A stretch of DNA of 49,982 nucleotides from Acidimicrobiales bacterium (GCA_051003575.1 JBPCLE010000208.1:1-49982); one strand, 5' to 3'; shown: positions 36,957 to 45,795, counted from the stretch's first letter. The notes: generated from the sequence alone by a model not told the origin. Translations and numbers: made by a program.

Positions 36957-38450
36957 TCAGCGGACCTGAACCACGATCTCATGGTGGCCGGTGGCGCCAC
37001 CGGGGCGGGGACGCCGACGGTTGTCGGTCTGCACCCGTCCGGCCGCGTCGATCGCACGCACGGTGATGCGGTGCCGGCCGGGGGTGGCATCCCAGTCGTA
37101 GCGCCACTGGCGCCAGAGGTAGGGGGTCAGCTCACCGGCGAGCACCGCCGGCTCCCATGGCCCGCCATCGACGGCGACCTCGACCGCTTGAACGCCCGCA
37201 GGGGGTGCCCCCGCCATGCCGGCCAGGGTCTGGCGGCCGCGGCTCAGCTCGGCGCCATAACGGGGCGTGTCGATGCGAGACTGGATCTCGACGGGGCCGA
37301 GCTTGTCCCACCCGCGCGGTACCCAGTACCCGTCGAAGCCCTCGAGGGTGGTCAGCTCGATCTCCTCCAGCCACTTGGTGGCCGACACGTACCCGTAGAG
37401 CCCCCCGACCACCAGCCGGGCCGGGAACCCGTGGGCGAAGGGCAGCCCCTCGCCGTTCATCCCGACGGCGACCAGCGCCGGCCGCCCGTCGGAAGCCAAG
37501 GCCGTCGGGAAGCCGCCCGTCCAGCCATCGATTGACCGGCCGACGATCTGGGTGCCCTCGGGACGCGCACCGGCCTGCTCGAGCAGGGTGGCGAGGGCCA
37601 CGCCCTGCCAGCGCGCACTCCCCGCCAGCGACCCCCCGACCTCGTTCGACACACACGAGAGCGTGACGTCGGCCTCTGTATCGGACAGCGCCACGAGCTC
37701 GTCGAAGGTGAGCTCGAACGGCCGATCCACCAGTCCGCCGATGCGCAGGCGCCAGCTGGTCAGGTCGACCCGGGGCACGACCAGGGCGGTGTCGATGCGG
37801 TAAAAGCGACTGTTGGGAGTGAAGAGGGGCGTGAGGCCAGCGATATCGGTGAACGATGTGGCCGAGGCCGGCTGGCCGAGAGGGGCGCTGGGTGCCGGCA
37901 GAGCCACGTCCGGCGCCCCGCGGGAGGTGAAGCGGGCCAGGAACCGGCCGGTACCGCCCGCGAGCACCATCACCGCGGCACCCTGACCAATGGCGCGCAG
38001 GGTGGCTCGGCGCCCTCGGCTGTCGGCCTCGTCGTCGGGGACTTCGCCACCGGTGCCGGCGGGGTTGGGGAGGGGTACGGCCACGGCCAGCCACAGTGCG
38101 GCCAGCCCGGCGGCGACGGTGGCGACGCCGGCAGCCAGGGCAACCGCCGGCCGGCCGGTCGTACGGGTGAGCGCCGGCCAGGTCAGCAGCACCCCGCCGG
38201 CGAGGTAGGCCACGAGCGGCACCCACGGCCGGCGCCGGGCCACCCGCCCGATGGCCGCGCCGATGAGGAGGGCGACGGCCGCCATGGCCGCGACCAGCAC
38301 CGGCTTGTCGGCGGTGCCGAAGGTCTCGATGGCCAGGTCCTTGGCCCGCGGCGGGGCCCGATCGATGACCGCCTGGCCGAGGGATACCAACAGCGACGGC
38401 GTCATCCGGTCGAGCCCGCCGACGAGCTCGCCGGCGGCCAGGGCGACCAC
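36957..38450 (-). CDS. Sulfite-oxidase-family molybdopterin oxidoreductase with an N-terminal multi-TM domain
   Basis: 'FYRIDTAL', 'LSCVSNEVGG', 'ARWQGV', 'MNGE.LP..HGFP.R.VV.G.YG' and 'KWL..IEL'. Upstream TM helices. GTG 38450 is the most upstream start available in frame. Confidence 0.85.
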   Translation of the reverse strand: MVALAAGELVGGLDRMTPSLLVSLGQAVIDRAPPRAKDLAIETFGTADKPVLVAAMAAVALLIGAAIGRVARRRPWVPLVAYLAGGVLLTWPALTRTTGRPAVALAAGVATVAAGLAALWLAVAVPLPNPAGTGGEVPDDEADSRGRRATLRAIGQGAAVMVLAGGTGRFLARFTSRGAPDVALPAPSAPLGQPASATSFTDIAGLTPLFTPNSRFYRIDTALVVPRVDLTSWRLRIGGLVDRPFELTFDELVALSDTEADVTLSCVSNEVGGSLAGSARWQGVALATLLEQAGARPEGTQIVGRSIDGWTGGFPTALASDGRPALVAVGMNGEGLPFAHGFPARLVVGGLYGYVSATKWLEEIELTTLEGFDGYWVPRGWDKLGPVEIQSRIDTPRYGAELSRGRQTLAGMAGAPPAGVQAVEVAVDGGPWEPAVLAGELTPYLWRQWRYDWDATPGRHRITVRAIDAAGRVQTDNRRRPRPGGATGHHEIVVQVR

Positions 38451-38547
38451 CGCCGCGACTGCGCCCGACGCCCCGGGGTGGCGGGCCGTCCAGTCGGGGC
38501 CGTTGGGCCGCGTGCCGCGAACCGAGCGTGGAGCCGTGGTGGTGGTC

Positions 38548-39012
38548 CTAGGTGACTTCGAAGGTGACCGGGATGATCACGGCCGAGCCACTCGAGGGGA
38601 CGACGGTGACCGACCCGGTCCAGCTCCCGCGCATGGAGAACTTGGCGTTGAAGCGGTAGGTGCCGGCCGACACCTCGGTGCCCTCGCCGCGCACCGGCGG
38701 GTGAGACATGCCGACCATGTCAGTGTTGAGGCACACCTTTGCGCCCTTCACCGCCGTGCCGTCGCGGGTGATGCTCACCTCGAAATTGGCGGCGTCGGTC
38801 CGGGGCGGGGAGGAGAACGCCAGCTTGTAGGCCGCGTCGGTGCTTGCCGAGCCCCCACAGGGCCCCACGGAGCCGGCCGCGGTGGTCTGGGTGACGCCTG
38901 CCGCCTCCGTCGCCTGGGTGTCGCCGCTGTCGTCGCCTCGAAAGAGCGCGAACGCCCCGACGAAGACCACCACGGCCACCAGGGCGATCAGCCCGATCCT
39001 CGAACGGCTCAT
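38548..39012 (-). CDS. YtkA/FixH-like secreted protein (possible Cu-handling accessory protein)
   Basis: N-terminal TM/signal 'IGLIALVAVVVFVGAFAL'. The segment 'NTDMVGMSHPP...GTYRFNAKFSMRGSWTGSVTV' resembles the YtkA-like Ig fold with Met/His ligands. Confidence 0.6.
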   Translation of the reverse strand: MSRSRIGLIALVAVVVFVGAFALFRGDDSGDTQATEAAGVTQTTAAGSVGPCGGSASTDAAYKLAFSSPPRTDAANFEVSITRDGTAVKGAKVCLNTDMVGMSHPPVRGEGTEVSAGTYRFNAKFSMRGSWTGSVTVVPSSGSAVIIPVTFEVT

Positions 39013-39043
39013 CTGCGGACCTTCCTTCTCTCGGTCGGGCCGA

Positions 39044-40261
39044 TCATCCTCCGGCCTTCTTGCGCTGGTAGGCGTTCTTGTAGCCCTCGTAGGTGACGAA
39101 GGTCATCAGGCCGCCGGGCTCCACGGTGTCGTTGCCGACGTGGTGGAGGATGTGGCAGTGGAACATCCAGTCGCCTGGGTCGTCGGCCACGAACTCCACG
39201 TCGTACCGCTCTCCTGAGCCGACGAGGACCGTGTCGGCCAGGTACGGACTGGCCAGGCGGGCGCCGTCCTTGGCCACCACCAGGAACCGTTTCCCGTGCA
39301 GATGCATGGGGTGGGCCTGGTACCCGGCGTTCATGATCCGGATCAGTGCCCGGTCACCCTCCTTGACCACCATGTTCTCGGTCGCCGGGAACGACTTGCC
39401 GTTCAGGGTGAACCAGTTGTACTCGGCCTGGTTGTGCCCGGCGTGGCCCACTCCCTCCCAGCCGTTGCGGCCGTCGGGCAGGCGAATCCACTCGTCGACG
39501 AGCTGTATGAACTCCTTGTCGTACGCCGGTTCGTCCTTGCCCTTGATCACCATGGCGCCGGACAGGCCCATGTCGAGCTGGCGGGCCGAGTCGAAGTGGG
39601 AGTGGTACCAGAAGCTGCCCGACGGCTTGGCCGTGAACTCATAGGTGAAGCTCTTACCCGCCTCCACCGCGTCCTGGGTGACGCCGGGGATACCGTCCAT
39701 CTCGTTGGGCACCGCCACCCCGTGCCAGTGGATGGTGGTGGCCGCCGGGAGCTTGTTGGTGAACTCGACGCGCACCTTGTCGCCCTCGTCGAGCCAGAAC
39801 TCCGGACCGGGCACCTGGCCGTTGTAGCCCCAGGCCGTCACCGTCTTGCCGGGAATGATCTCCCACTGGACCGGCTCGGCGGTCAGCTTGAACACCTTGA
39901 CGCCGTCGACCATCTGGGACTCGGCTCGGGTGGTGCGTTGGCTCCTGACCGGCGTGGTGGCCATGTCGGTCTGGGCCGGCACGTCGACCTGCTCCTGATG
40001 GACGTCACCGCCCGTGGGGCCGGCGCCATGGTCGTCGGCGGCGGTGGTGGGGGCGGCCACGCCCGAGGGCGAGGTGTCACCGCCGCCGTTCCCGTTCCCG
40101 CCGCCGGCGAAGAGGGCGGCGGCGATGATGGCCACCACCGCTACCGCGCCGAGGATCCCGAGGAAGCGGAGGTTGGCGGCCTTCTCCTTCGCTCCGGCAC
40201 CGCCGGAACGGCCCGCGTCGCCTCCGCTCTCGCTGTCGCCGGTCTTGCCGTCGCTCGGCAT
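39044..40261 (-). CDS. Two-domain multicopper oxidase (SLAC-like size), membrane-anchored or secreted
   Basis: Four Cu motifs: 'HWHG', 'WYHSH', 'HPMHLHG' and 'HCHILHH'. About 105 aa separate motifs 2 and 3, which implies only two cupredoxin domains. N-terminal TM 'FLGILGAVAVVAIIAAALFA'. Confidence 0.88.
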   Translation of the reverse strand: MPSDGKTGDSESGGDAGRSGGAGAKEKAANLRFLGILGAVAVVAIIAAALFAGGGNGNGGGDTSPSGVAAPTTAADDHGAGPTGGDVHQEQVDVPAQTDMATTPVRSQRTTRAESQMVDGVKVFKLTAEPVQWEIIPGKTVTAWGYNGQVPGPEFWLDEGDKVRVEFTNKLPAATTIHWHGVAVPNEMDGIPGVTQDAVEAGKSFTYEFTAKPSGSFWYHSHFDSARQLDMGLSGAMVIKGKDEPAYDKEFIQLVDEWIRLPDGRNGWEGVGHAGHNQAEYNWFTLNGKSFPATENMVVKEGDRALIRIMNAGYQAHPMHLHGKRFLVVAKDGARLASPYLADTVLVGSGERYDVEFVADDPGDWMFHCHILHHVGNDTVEPGGLMTFVTYEGYKNAYQRKKAGG

Positions 40262-41979
40262 CAGGGGGTGCTTCTCGCCGCCGAGGAAGCCGAGCCGCGG
40301 CGGGAGCTGCTGAGGGCGACGAGAAGGAGGGCTCCACCGGCAACGAGGGTGATGGCCGCGCCGGCAAATCCGGCCGCGACCGCGTTGGTGCCGCCGGTCG
40401 AGGTGCCCAGCGGCGTTGGTTGATCGAACCGGATACGCGTGAAGAACGCGTCCTCGGCCTCGTTCGTCGTGCCCCCAACCCGGGAATCGGCCCAGGCAAG
40501 GTAGGCGGCCTTATCCGTGGAGGCCAGCGCAATCGGCGCTCGGATGTCACTGCGGTTGAAGGTCACGCCGACGCTGCCGTCGATCATCCGATCGGTCGCT
40601 CGGATGTTGGGCGACCAGGTCGCACCCCCGTCGTTCGAGTAGGCGTAGTACACGTCCCAGTAGCGCTCCCCGACAGCGGTGCCCATGTTCCCCGACTCGC
40701 CCGGCGTGAAGAACGGGTCGTTGCGGAAGTCGAACCAGGCCACGTCGACGCGCCCGTTGGGGGCAACGCTGACGTTGGGGAAGTACTGGTCGGTGCGCCT
40801 CGCCGGGTCGTCGTCGGTGATGTTCATCGGCTCGCTCCAGGTCTCGCCACGATCGGTGGAGCGGGTGAAATATGCCTCGGACGGGTTGGATGGCTCGCCG
40901 GTGGGCGTCCTGGCCCCGCGCGCCGCGTAGGTGAGGTACAAGGTGTCGCCGGCGGAAATAGCCACACTCGGGTTGTCGATCTGGTCGACACCGTCGTTGA
41001 TGACCTTGGTCGTCCAGGTGGCGCCGCCGTCGGCCGAGCGGAACATGAACAGTCGAGATTTCGGTGCCGGCGTGCCTTGAGCCGCGTTGGGCCGCTCCTT
41101 GGTGAAGCCGTAGACGGTGCCGTCGGAGCCGACGACCATCGAGGGGGTGTCGGCGTGGGTTTGGAGGTCCCCGCTGAACGAGAGGCCCGCGGCGGCTGCC
41201 TGGGCATCGTCGAAGGTCGCCCGCAGGACATCGACGGGGTCGGACCAGGTCCGGCCCCCATCGCTCGATGAGGCGATGTAGGCGCGCTGCGGGAAGGCGC
41301 GGAACGACACGTCGTCGATGCCCCCGTTCCACAGGCGCCAGCCCATGTACAGCTTGTTCGGGTCCGTGGGGTCGACGGCCATGCTGGGGAGCCGCCACTG
41401 ATAGAAGCCCGACCTGGTCGGCCCACCACCGGGCGGGGTGTAGGTGAAGCCGTCGGTCTTGGCCACGGTGAAGGTGTCGTGGGTGAGGCCGAGATCGGTG
41501 CTGCGTGCGAGGAGCGGCGTGATCGGGCCGTTGGGATGGCCGGTGGCGGTGGCCGAACCGCTCATGGCCACGTAGAGGGTCCCGTCCGAGCCGAATGCCG
41601 GCGCCATCACCGGGCCGAAGTTGCGGTGGATGCAGAAGTCCTGGTCCGGGGGAAGAAGGTTCGGCGCGGTGGTCCGCCACGACAGCCCGCCGTCCTGGGA
41701 GACCCGAACGCCGCACCCCCCGTTGCGAGCGTCACCCACCGCCATGACCACTGTCGACGGATCCTTGGGGTCGACGGCCAGGGCGGGGGAAACGAACAGC
41801 CTGACGGGGTTGGGGTCAGTGGTGACCGGTCTGGGTGACTCGACCACCGGCGGATCCAGGGTGGGCCCGCCGTGCGCCGTCCCTGTGACGGCCAACCCAG
41901 CGAGAGCGACCATCCCGACGCCGGCACTGAAATCCCGAAGCCTCGAATCCCTAAGTCTCGGCAACGATGTCTCCTCCAT
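40261..41979 (-). CDS. BNR/Asp-box beta-propeller protein with an N-terminal signal and a C-terminal TM anchor (paralog 2)
   Basis: Asp-boxes 'SQDGGLSW', 'SSDGGRTW', 'SADGGATW', 'STDRGETW' and 'SNDGGATW'. C-terminal 'AAGFAGAAITLVAGGALLLVAL' plus a basic tail. The stop overlaps the MCO start (TGATG). Confidence 0.85.
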   Translation of the reverse strand: MEETSLPRLRDSRLRDFSAGVGMVALAGLAVTGTAHGGPTLDPPVVESPRPVTTDPNPVRLFVSPALAVDPKDPSTVVMAVGDARNGGCGVRVSQDGGLSWRTTAPNLLPPDQDFCIHRNFGPVMAPAFGSDGTLYVAMSGSATATGHPNGPITPLLARSTDLGLTHDTFTVAKTDGFTYTPPGGGPTRSGFYQWRLPSMAVDPTDPNKLYMGWRLWNGGIDDVSFRAFPQRAYIASSSDGGRTWSDPVDVLRATFDDAQAAAAGLSFSGDLQTHADTPSMVVGSDGTVYGFTKERPNAAQGTPAPKSRLFMFRSADGGATWTTKVINDGVDQIDNPSVAISAGDTLYLTYAARGARTPTGEPSNPSEAYFTRSTDRGETWSEPMNITDDDPARRTDQYFPNVSVAPNGRVDVAWFDFRNDPFFTPGESGNMGTAVGERYWDVYYAYSNDGGATWSPNIRATDRMIDGSVGVTFNRSDIRAPIALASTDKAAYLAWADSRVGGTTNEAEDAFFTRIRFDQPTPLGTSTGGTNAVAAGFAGAAITLVAGGALLLVALSSSRRGSASSAARSTP

Positions 41980-42184
41980 CTCGGCGACAGCGCCGGAGCC
42001 GGCGTGCGCTCTAGAGGGGCGGTTGGCCGAAGCCAGCACCGGTCCCGTCCCAAGTATGGGCGCTCGTGCCGGGTCGGCCAATCGGGGATGACCCTGACTG
42101 GATCTCGGGGTCGGGCCAACCATGCTCGACCGGCGCGTCCTGGGTCTACCTGGGCACGCCACTGGCCCACCCCGCCTAGCTAGG

Positions 42185-43747
42185 TCACGTCGGGATGTGC
42201 TGAGGGGTGGGCCGGCGACGGGTGACCAGGAAGGCGAGCACCATGGCGATACCCATTCCAAGCATCACGCCCGCGATCGCGAGTGGCCACGCATTGGTCG
42301 TGCCGCTGGATGCGCCGACGAGGATGTCATCCGGGTCCAGCTTCAGGGACGCGAAGTAGACGTCCTCTGCGTTCGTCACGGCATTCCCGGCACGGCTGTC
42401 CTGCCAGGCGAAGTACACCGAGTCGTTGGTGGACGCGATGCCGACGTTGTAGTGGCTGTGCACGTTGTTGGACCACACACCGATGTTGCGGTCGATCAGG
42501 CGGTCGCTGATCCGGGTGTTCTCACTCCACGTCCGGCCACCGTCGGTGGACGAGCTGTAGTACACGTCGTTGAACCCACCGACGTTGAATGGGGCTGCGA
42601 ACTCGACGGGGAGCTTCTCCGGCTCGGCGCTGTTGCGGAAGTCGTACCAGGCGACGTCGACCCGGCCGTTCGGCGCGATCGAGATACCCGGGTCGTAATG
42701 CTGGGTGTTCACCCGGCTGGCGTCGTCGTTGATCGTGATCCGGTCGCTCCAGGTCGCGCCGCCGTCGCTCGAGACCCGGACGAAGATCTCATTGTCGTCG
42801 GCTGCGGTGGGCACTTCCTTGGTGGTCCCGTACCAGACAAAGTAGAGGTTGTTCGAGATCGGGTCGGCGGCGAGCACGTGCTTGCGGTTGTGGAAGAAGC
42901 CGGCGCTGCCGGGTTCGATCACGACCGCCTCACTCCACGTGCGCCCGTGGTCGGTGGACTGGCGGTACCACACGGGGCGCACGATGGGATTGGTCGGGTT
43001 GAACTCGCCCGAGGGGAAGACGGCGTGGACGACGCCCTTGCCGTCGACCGCGAGGCGGGGCTGGTAGTGACGGCGGTCGTCGGTACGCATCGGCGTCGGC
43101 TCGCCGAACGTGTTGCCACCATCGTTCGACGCGGCGATGCGGCCGCCGGTGGGCTGCATCCAGCCCACATAGACGTAGCGGGAGTCGTGAGGATCGACTG
43201 CGATCGTCGGGCGACGGTTGTCGGGGTTGGAATCGGTCCCCCTGAACACCGACGTGGTCTCCCATGTTCGCCCGCTGTCCGAGGAGCGGGCGAGGAAAAC
43301 GTGACGGGGCCGTTCGCTGCGGTTCCGGTCGGCGAAGGCAGGATCCGTCGCCGTGAACGCCACATAGAGGACGGCGTCGGAGTCGAACGCCATGGTGAAG
43401 TACGGCCCGTTGATGGCGTAGTCGGAGTTCCAGGTGAAGGGCTTGATCATCGGGTCACCGCCCGGGAACCAGGTCCGCCCGTCGTCGGTCGAGGTGTGGA
43501 CCTTCACGGCGAAGTCCCCGAAGACGTTCGTCTCAACGATGACGAGCTCACCGGTGTCGGGGTTAACAGCGATCTGCGGTGACGAGTGGGCGCGGACAGG
43601 GTTGGGGTTCCCGGTTACCTGGACGGCGTTGGTGACAACCGGCTCGTCTCCAACCTGGGCCGATGCAGGGCCGGCAACCAGGGCTGATACCGCGCCGAGA
43701 ATGAGCAAGAGATGTACGGGTCGAATCGCTGGCCTGACGCGCAACAT
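42185..43747 (-). CDS. BNR/Asp-box beta-propeller protein with an N-terminal signal and a C-terminal TM anchor (paralog 1)
   Basis: Asp-boxes 'STDDGRTW', 'SSDSGRTW', 'SNDGGNTF', 'STDHGRTW', 'SSDGGATW' and 'STDGGRTW'. Shares 'APNGRVDVAW.DFRN' with the neighbouring paralog. C-terminal TM 'LAIAGVMLGMGIAMVLAFLV' followed by 'TRRRP'. Confidence 0.85.
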   Translation of the reverse strand: MLRVRPAIRPVHLLLILGAVSALVAGPASAQVGDEPVVTNAVQVTGNPNPVRAHSSPQIAVNPDTGELVIVETNVFGDFAVKVHTSTDDGRTWFPGGDPMIKPFTWNSDYAINGPYFTMAFDSDAVLYVAFTATDPAFADRNRSERPRHVFLARSSDSGRTWETTSVFRGTDSNPDNRRPTIAVDPHDSRYVYVGWMQPTGGRIAASNDGGNTFGEPTPMRTDDRRHYQPRLAVDGKGVVHAVFPSGEFNPTNPIVRPVWYRQSTDHGRTWSEAVVIEPGSAGFFHNRKHVLAADPISNNLYFVWYGTTKEVPTAADDNEIFVRVSSDGGATWSDRITINDDASRVNTQHYDPGISIAPNGRVDVAWYDFRNSAEPEKLPVEFAAPFNVGGFNDVYYSSSTDGGRTWSENTRISDRLIDRNIGVWSNNVHSHYNVGIASTNDSVYFAWQDSRAGNAVTNAEDVYFASLKLDPDDILVGASSGTTNAWPLAIAGVMLGMGIAMVLAFLVTRRRPTPQHIPT

Positions 43748-43785
43748 GATCTCCCGAGTTCGACGATTGTGGTAGGTGCCGTCCA

Positions 43786-43825
43786 CCCTACCCGTGGACC
43801 CCCGACCCTACCCGTGGACCCCCGA
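43786..43825. repeat. Perfect 20-bp tandem direct repeat ('ccctacccgtggacccccga' x2, plus a degenerate third copy to ~43843)
   Basis: 43786-43805 and 43806-43825 are identical. The repeat lies 39-78 nt upstream of the BNR-operon start codon, in a divergent intergenic region. Confidence 0.85.
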
Positions 43826-43915
43826 CCCGACGCACGGACCCCGGGGCCATGGCGACACTGGTCGAATGGGAACTCGCCTCCCGAGGGTACGCGGACGAGC
43901 TGAGGGGTAAGGCGT

Positions 43916-44095
43916 GTGAGGATGACGTTCGTTCTCGTCCTGCTCATTCTCGTGGCGGCGGCCGCGGGCGGTTTCCTCGGCGAACTCCTGGAGTTCGCTG
44001 CATGGATCATCGTGGTCCTCGTCGCCCTGGGCGCCGTCGCCGGCTTCCTCGCCTGGCGGGCCGTGCGCTCGTTCGTCGACGGACGGCGTCGCTGA
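43916..44095 (+). CDS. Small two-TM membrane protein (57-59 aa), below the ORF-track size cutoff
   Basis: My own translation: '(VR)MTFVLVLLILVAAAAGGFLGELLEFAAWIIVVLVALGAVAGFLAWRAVRSFVDGRRR*'. GTG 43916 follows 'gagggg' by ~8 nt; ATG 43922 is the alternative. Confidence 0.45.
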   Translation: MRMTFVLVLLILVAAAAGGFLGELLEFAAWIIVVLVALGAVAGFLAWRAVRSFVDGRRR

Positions 44096-44158
44096 CGATG
44101 CTGTGCACTACGCGGGCACCGGGATCCGGCTGCGGCGCGGTGCCCCAGGGCGCAGCTC

Positions 44159-45334
44159 TCAGGCGGCGAGCTGCTTTTGTAGCGGCGTGGGGAACCGGGG
44201 GGTGATGCGCACGTCGCCCAGCCACGCCGTGAGCCGCGCCGCCTCGGCCGCCACCGCGGCGGCGACCTCGGCGCCGGCATCCTCCAAGAGGCGGAACACC
44301 ACCTCGCCGGTGTCCTTGCGCTGGGCCCAGCCGCCGATGATCCGCCCGTCGGCCCACACCGTGGGGCCGGCGTTGCCGTTGGTGTCGAACAGCGCCTTGC
44401 CATGGCCGCCGAGGTACCAGTCGCGCTGCTTCCAGCCCATCGTCGTCGGGTCGAGGCTGGGCAGGAGGGCGACCCACGGCGCCGGCGCAGGCGTCGGCTC
44501 CACGTCGTCTGCCAGGACGATGCCCGGCTCGCCGTCGAGGTCGACCGCCTCGACGGCGATGGATGCGAGCGCCAACCTGACCTGCCCGAGCGTCAGCCCG
44601 CTCCACCACTTCAGGTCGGCGATGGTCGCCGGCCCGAAGGCGCCGAGCCAGCGCCGGCAGAGCTCGATCCGGGCATCGTCGGCGGTGGGCGGCGTGGCCG
44701 TGGCCGGCACCCACGCGGAGATGGGCGACCACCGGTAGGCGCTGCTGTTCCACCCGCCCTTGGGCCGGCCCCGCACCACCTTCTGCTCGGTGGACAGCAG
44801 GAACAGCACCCGGGTGGTCATGCCCACGGTGCCCTCCCATTTCGTGCCCACCCCGACGATGAGCTTCTGGCGCAAGCCAGGGACGAGCTTTGCGAGCTCG
44901 GCGCCCGTGGCCTCGCCGGCCTTCTCGATGGCCGTCACAGTCGCCGCTCCGAGCGCCCGGAGGTGGGTATCGGGATCGGCCACGCCGGCCTCCCGGAGCA
45001 TGGCCAGGGTCCGCGCTCGTTCGCCCGGGACCAGCGCGTCGGTGCAGGCGGCCTGGACCACCGGCACGAGCCCGACAGGCAGCACGAACATGGTCCGGCG
45101 CATGCACAGCGTGCGGACGAGCAGGCGCTCGTCGTAGAGGGCCTGCTCCAGCCGTTCGGCGCTGGGCGTGGCCATGCGGGCCGCGGCCGACAGGAACACC
45201 GTCGCCGGGTCGGTGCCGTGCAGGGCGACGACCGCGTCGGCGATGGCCACGGCGTCGTCGATGCGGGCGCTGGTCGCCAGGCGGTGCCGCACGCCGAGCC
45301 GGGCCCGGCGCTCGTCGACGGTCATCCGCAGCAC
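44159..45334 (-). CDS. Winged-helix YcaQ/AlkZ-like (HTH_42) protein, putative DNA crosslink-repair glycosylase family
   Basis: 'RRARLGVRHRL', 'VVALHGTDPATVFLS', 'LLPSLDPTTMGW', 'FDTNGNAGPTVW.DGRIIGGW'. Start at GTG 45334 or ATG 45325. Confidence 0.75.
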   Translation of the reverse strand: MLRMTVDERRARLGVRHRLATSARIDDAVAIADAVVALHGTDPATVFLSAAARMATPSAERLEQALYDERLLVRTLCMRRTMFVLPVGLVPVVQAACTDALVPGERARTLAMLREAGVADPDTHLRALGAATVTAIEKAGEATGAELAKLVPGLRQKLIVGVGTKWEGTVGMTTRVLFLLSTEQKVVRGRPKGGWNSSAYRWSPISAWVPATATPPTADDARIELCRRWLGAFGPATIADLKWWSGLTLGQVRLALASIAVEAVDLDGEPGIVLADDVEPTPAPAPWVALLPSLDPTTMGWKQRDWYLGGHGKALFDTNGNAGPTVWADGRIIGGWAQRKDTGEVVFRLLEDAGAEVAAAVAAEAARLTAWLGDVRITPRFPTPLQKQLAA

Positions 45335-45354
45335 GCGGGCATGATGGCAGGTCG

Positions 45355-45795
45355 ATGGAGCTCGCCCAGTGCAACGTGGCCCTCGCCCAGGCGCCCCTGG
45401 ACGCTCCGGTGATGGCGGGCTTTGTCAAGGCGATCGACGACGTCAACTGGCTGGCCGACCACAGCCCTGGGTTCATCTGGCGCCTGCCGCCCCAACACGG
45501 CCATGTGACCTTCGGACGGTTGGACGGCAACGAGGTCATCGTCACCCTCTCGGTGTGGGAGGACTTCGAGTCGCTCCAGCGCTACGTCTACCGCAGCGCC
45601 CACGGGCTGTTCATGGGCCAGCGTCGCCGGTGGTTCGTGCCTTTCGGTGGCCTGACCACCGCCATGTGGTGGGCGGCCGACGGCGAGCGGCCGGCGCTCG
45701 ACGAGGGCGTGGGCCGCCTCGAACACCTGCGCCGCAGCGGGCCGACGCCGCACGCCTTCTCGCTGCGCCGGCAGTTCGACCCCGAGGTCACGTAG
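45355..45795 (+). CDS. DUF3291-like protein
   Basis: 'ELAQCNVALAQAPLDAPVMAGFV..ID.VN.LAD.SPGFIWRL' and 'VWEDFESLQRYVY...H' match my recollection of the DUF3291 pattern. Confidence 0.65.
   Translation: MELAQCNVALAQAPLDAPVMAGFVKAIDDVNWLADHSPGFIWRLPPQHGHVTFGRLDGNEVIVTLSVWEDFESLQRYVYRSAHGLFMGQRRRWFVPFGGLTTAMWWAADGERPALDEGVGRLEHLRRSGPTPHAFSLRRQFDPEVT

Noticed and set aside
43791-43800. Shared 'gtggaccc' core between the 20-bp promoter repeat and the 5' edge repeat (around 13-20 and 79-85) as evidence for a common motif
   Set aside because: An 8-nt GC-rich match is expected by chance in a ~70% GC, 50-kb window. There is no further similarity between the elements.
42122-45545. Long ORFs 42122-43582 (+) and 44007-45545 (-) overlapping the BNR-1 and YcaQ-like genes
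   Set aside because: They have artefactual R/G/P/H-rich compositions. The opposite-strand or alternate-frame genes carry Asp-box and YcaQ-type motifs.
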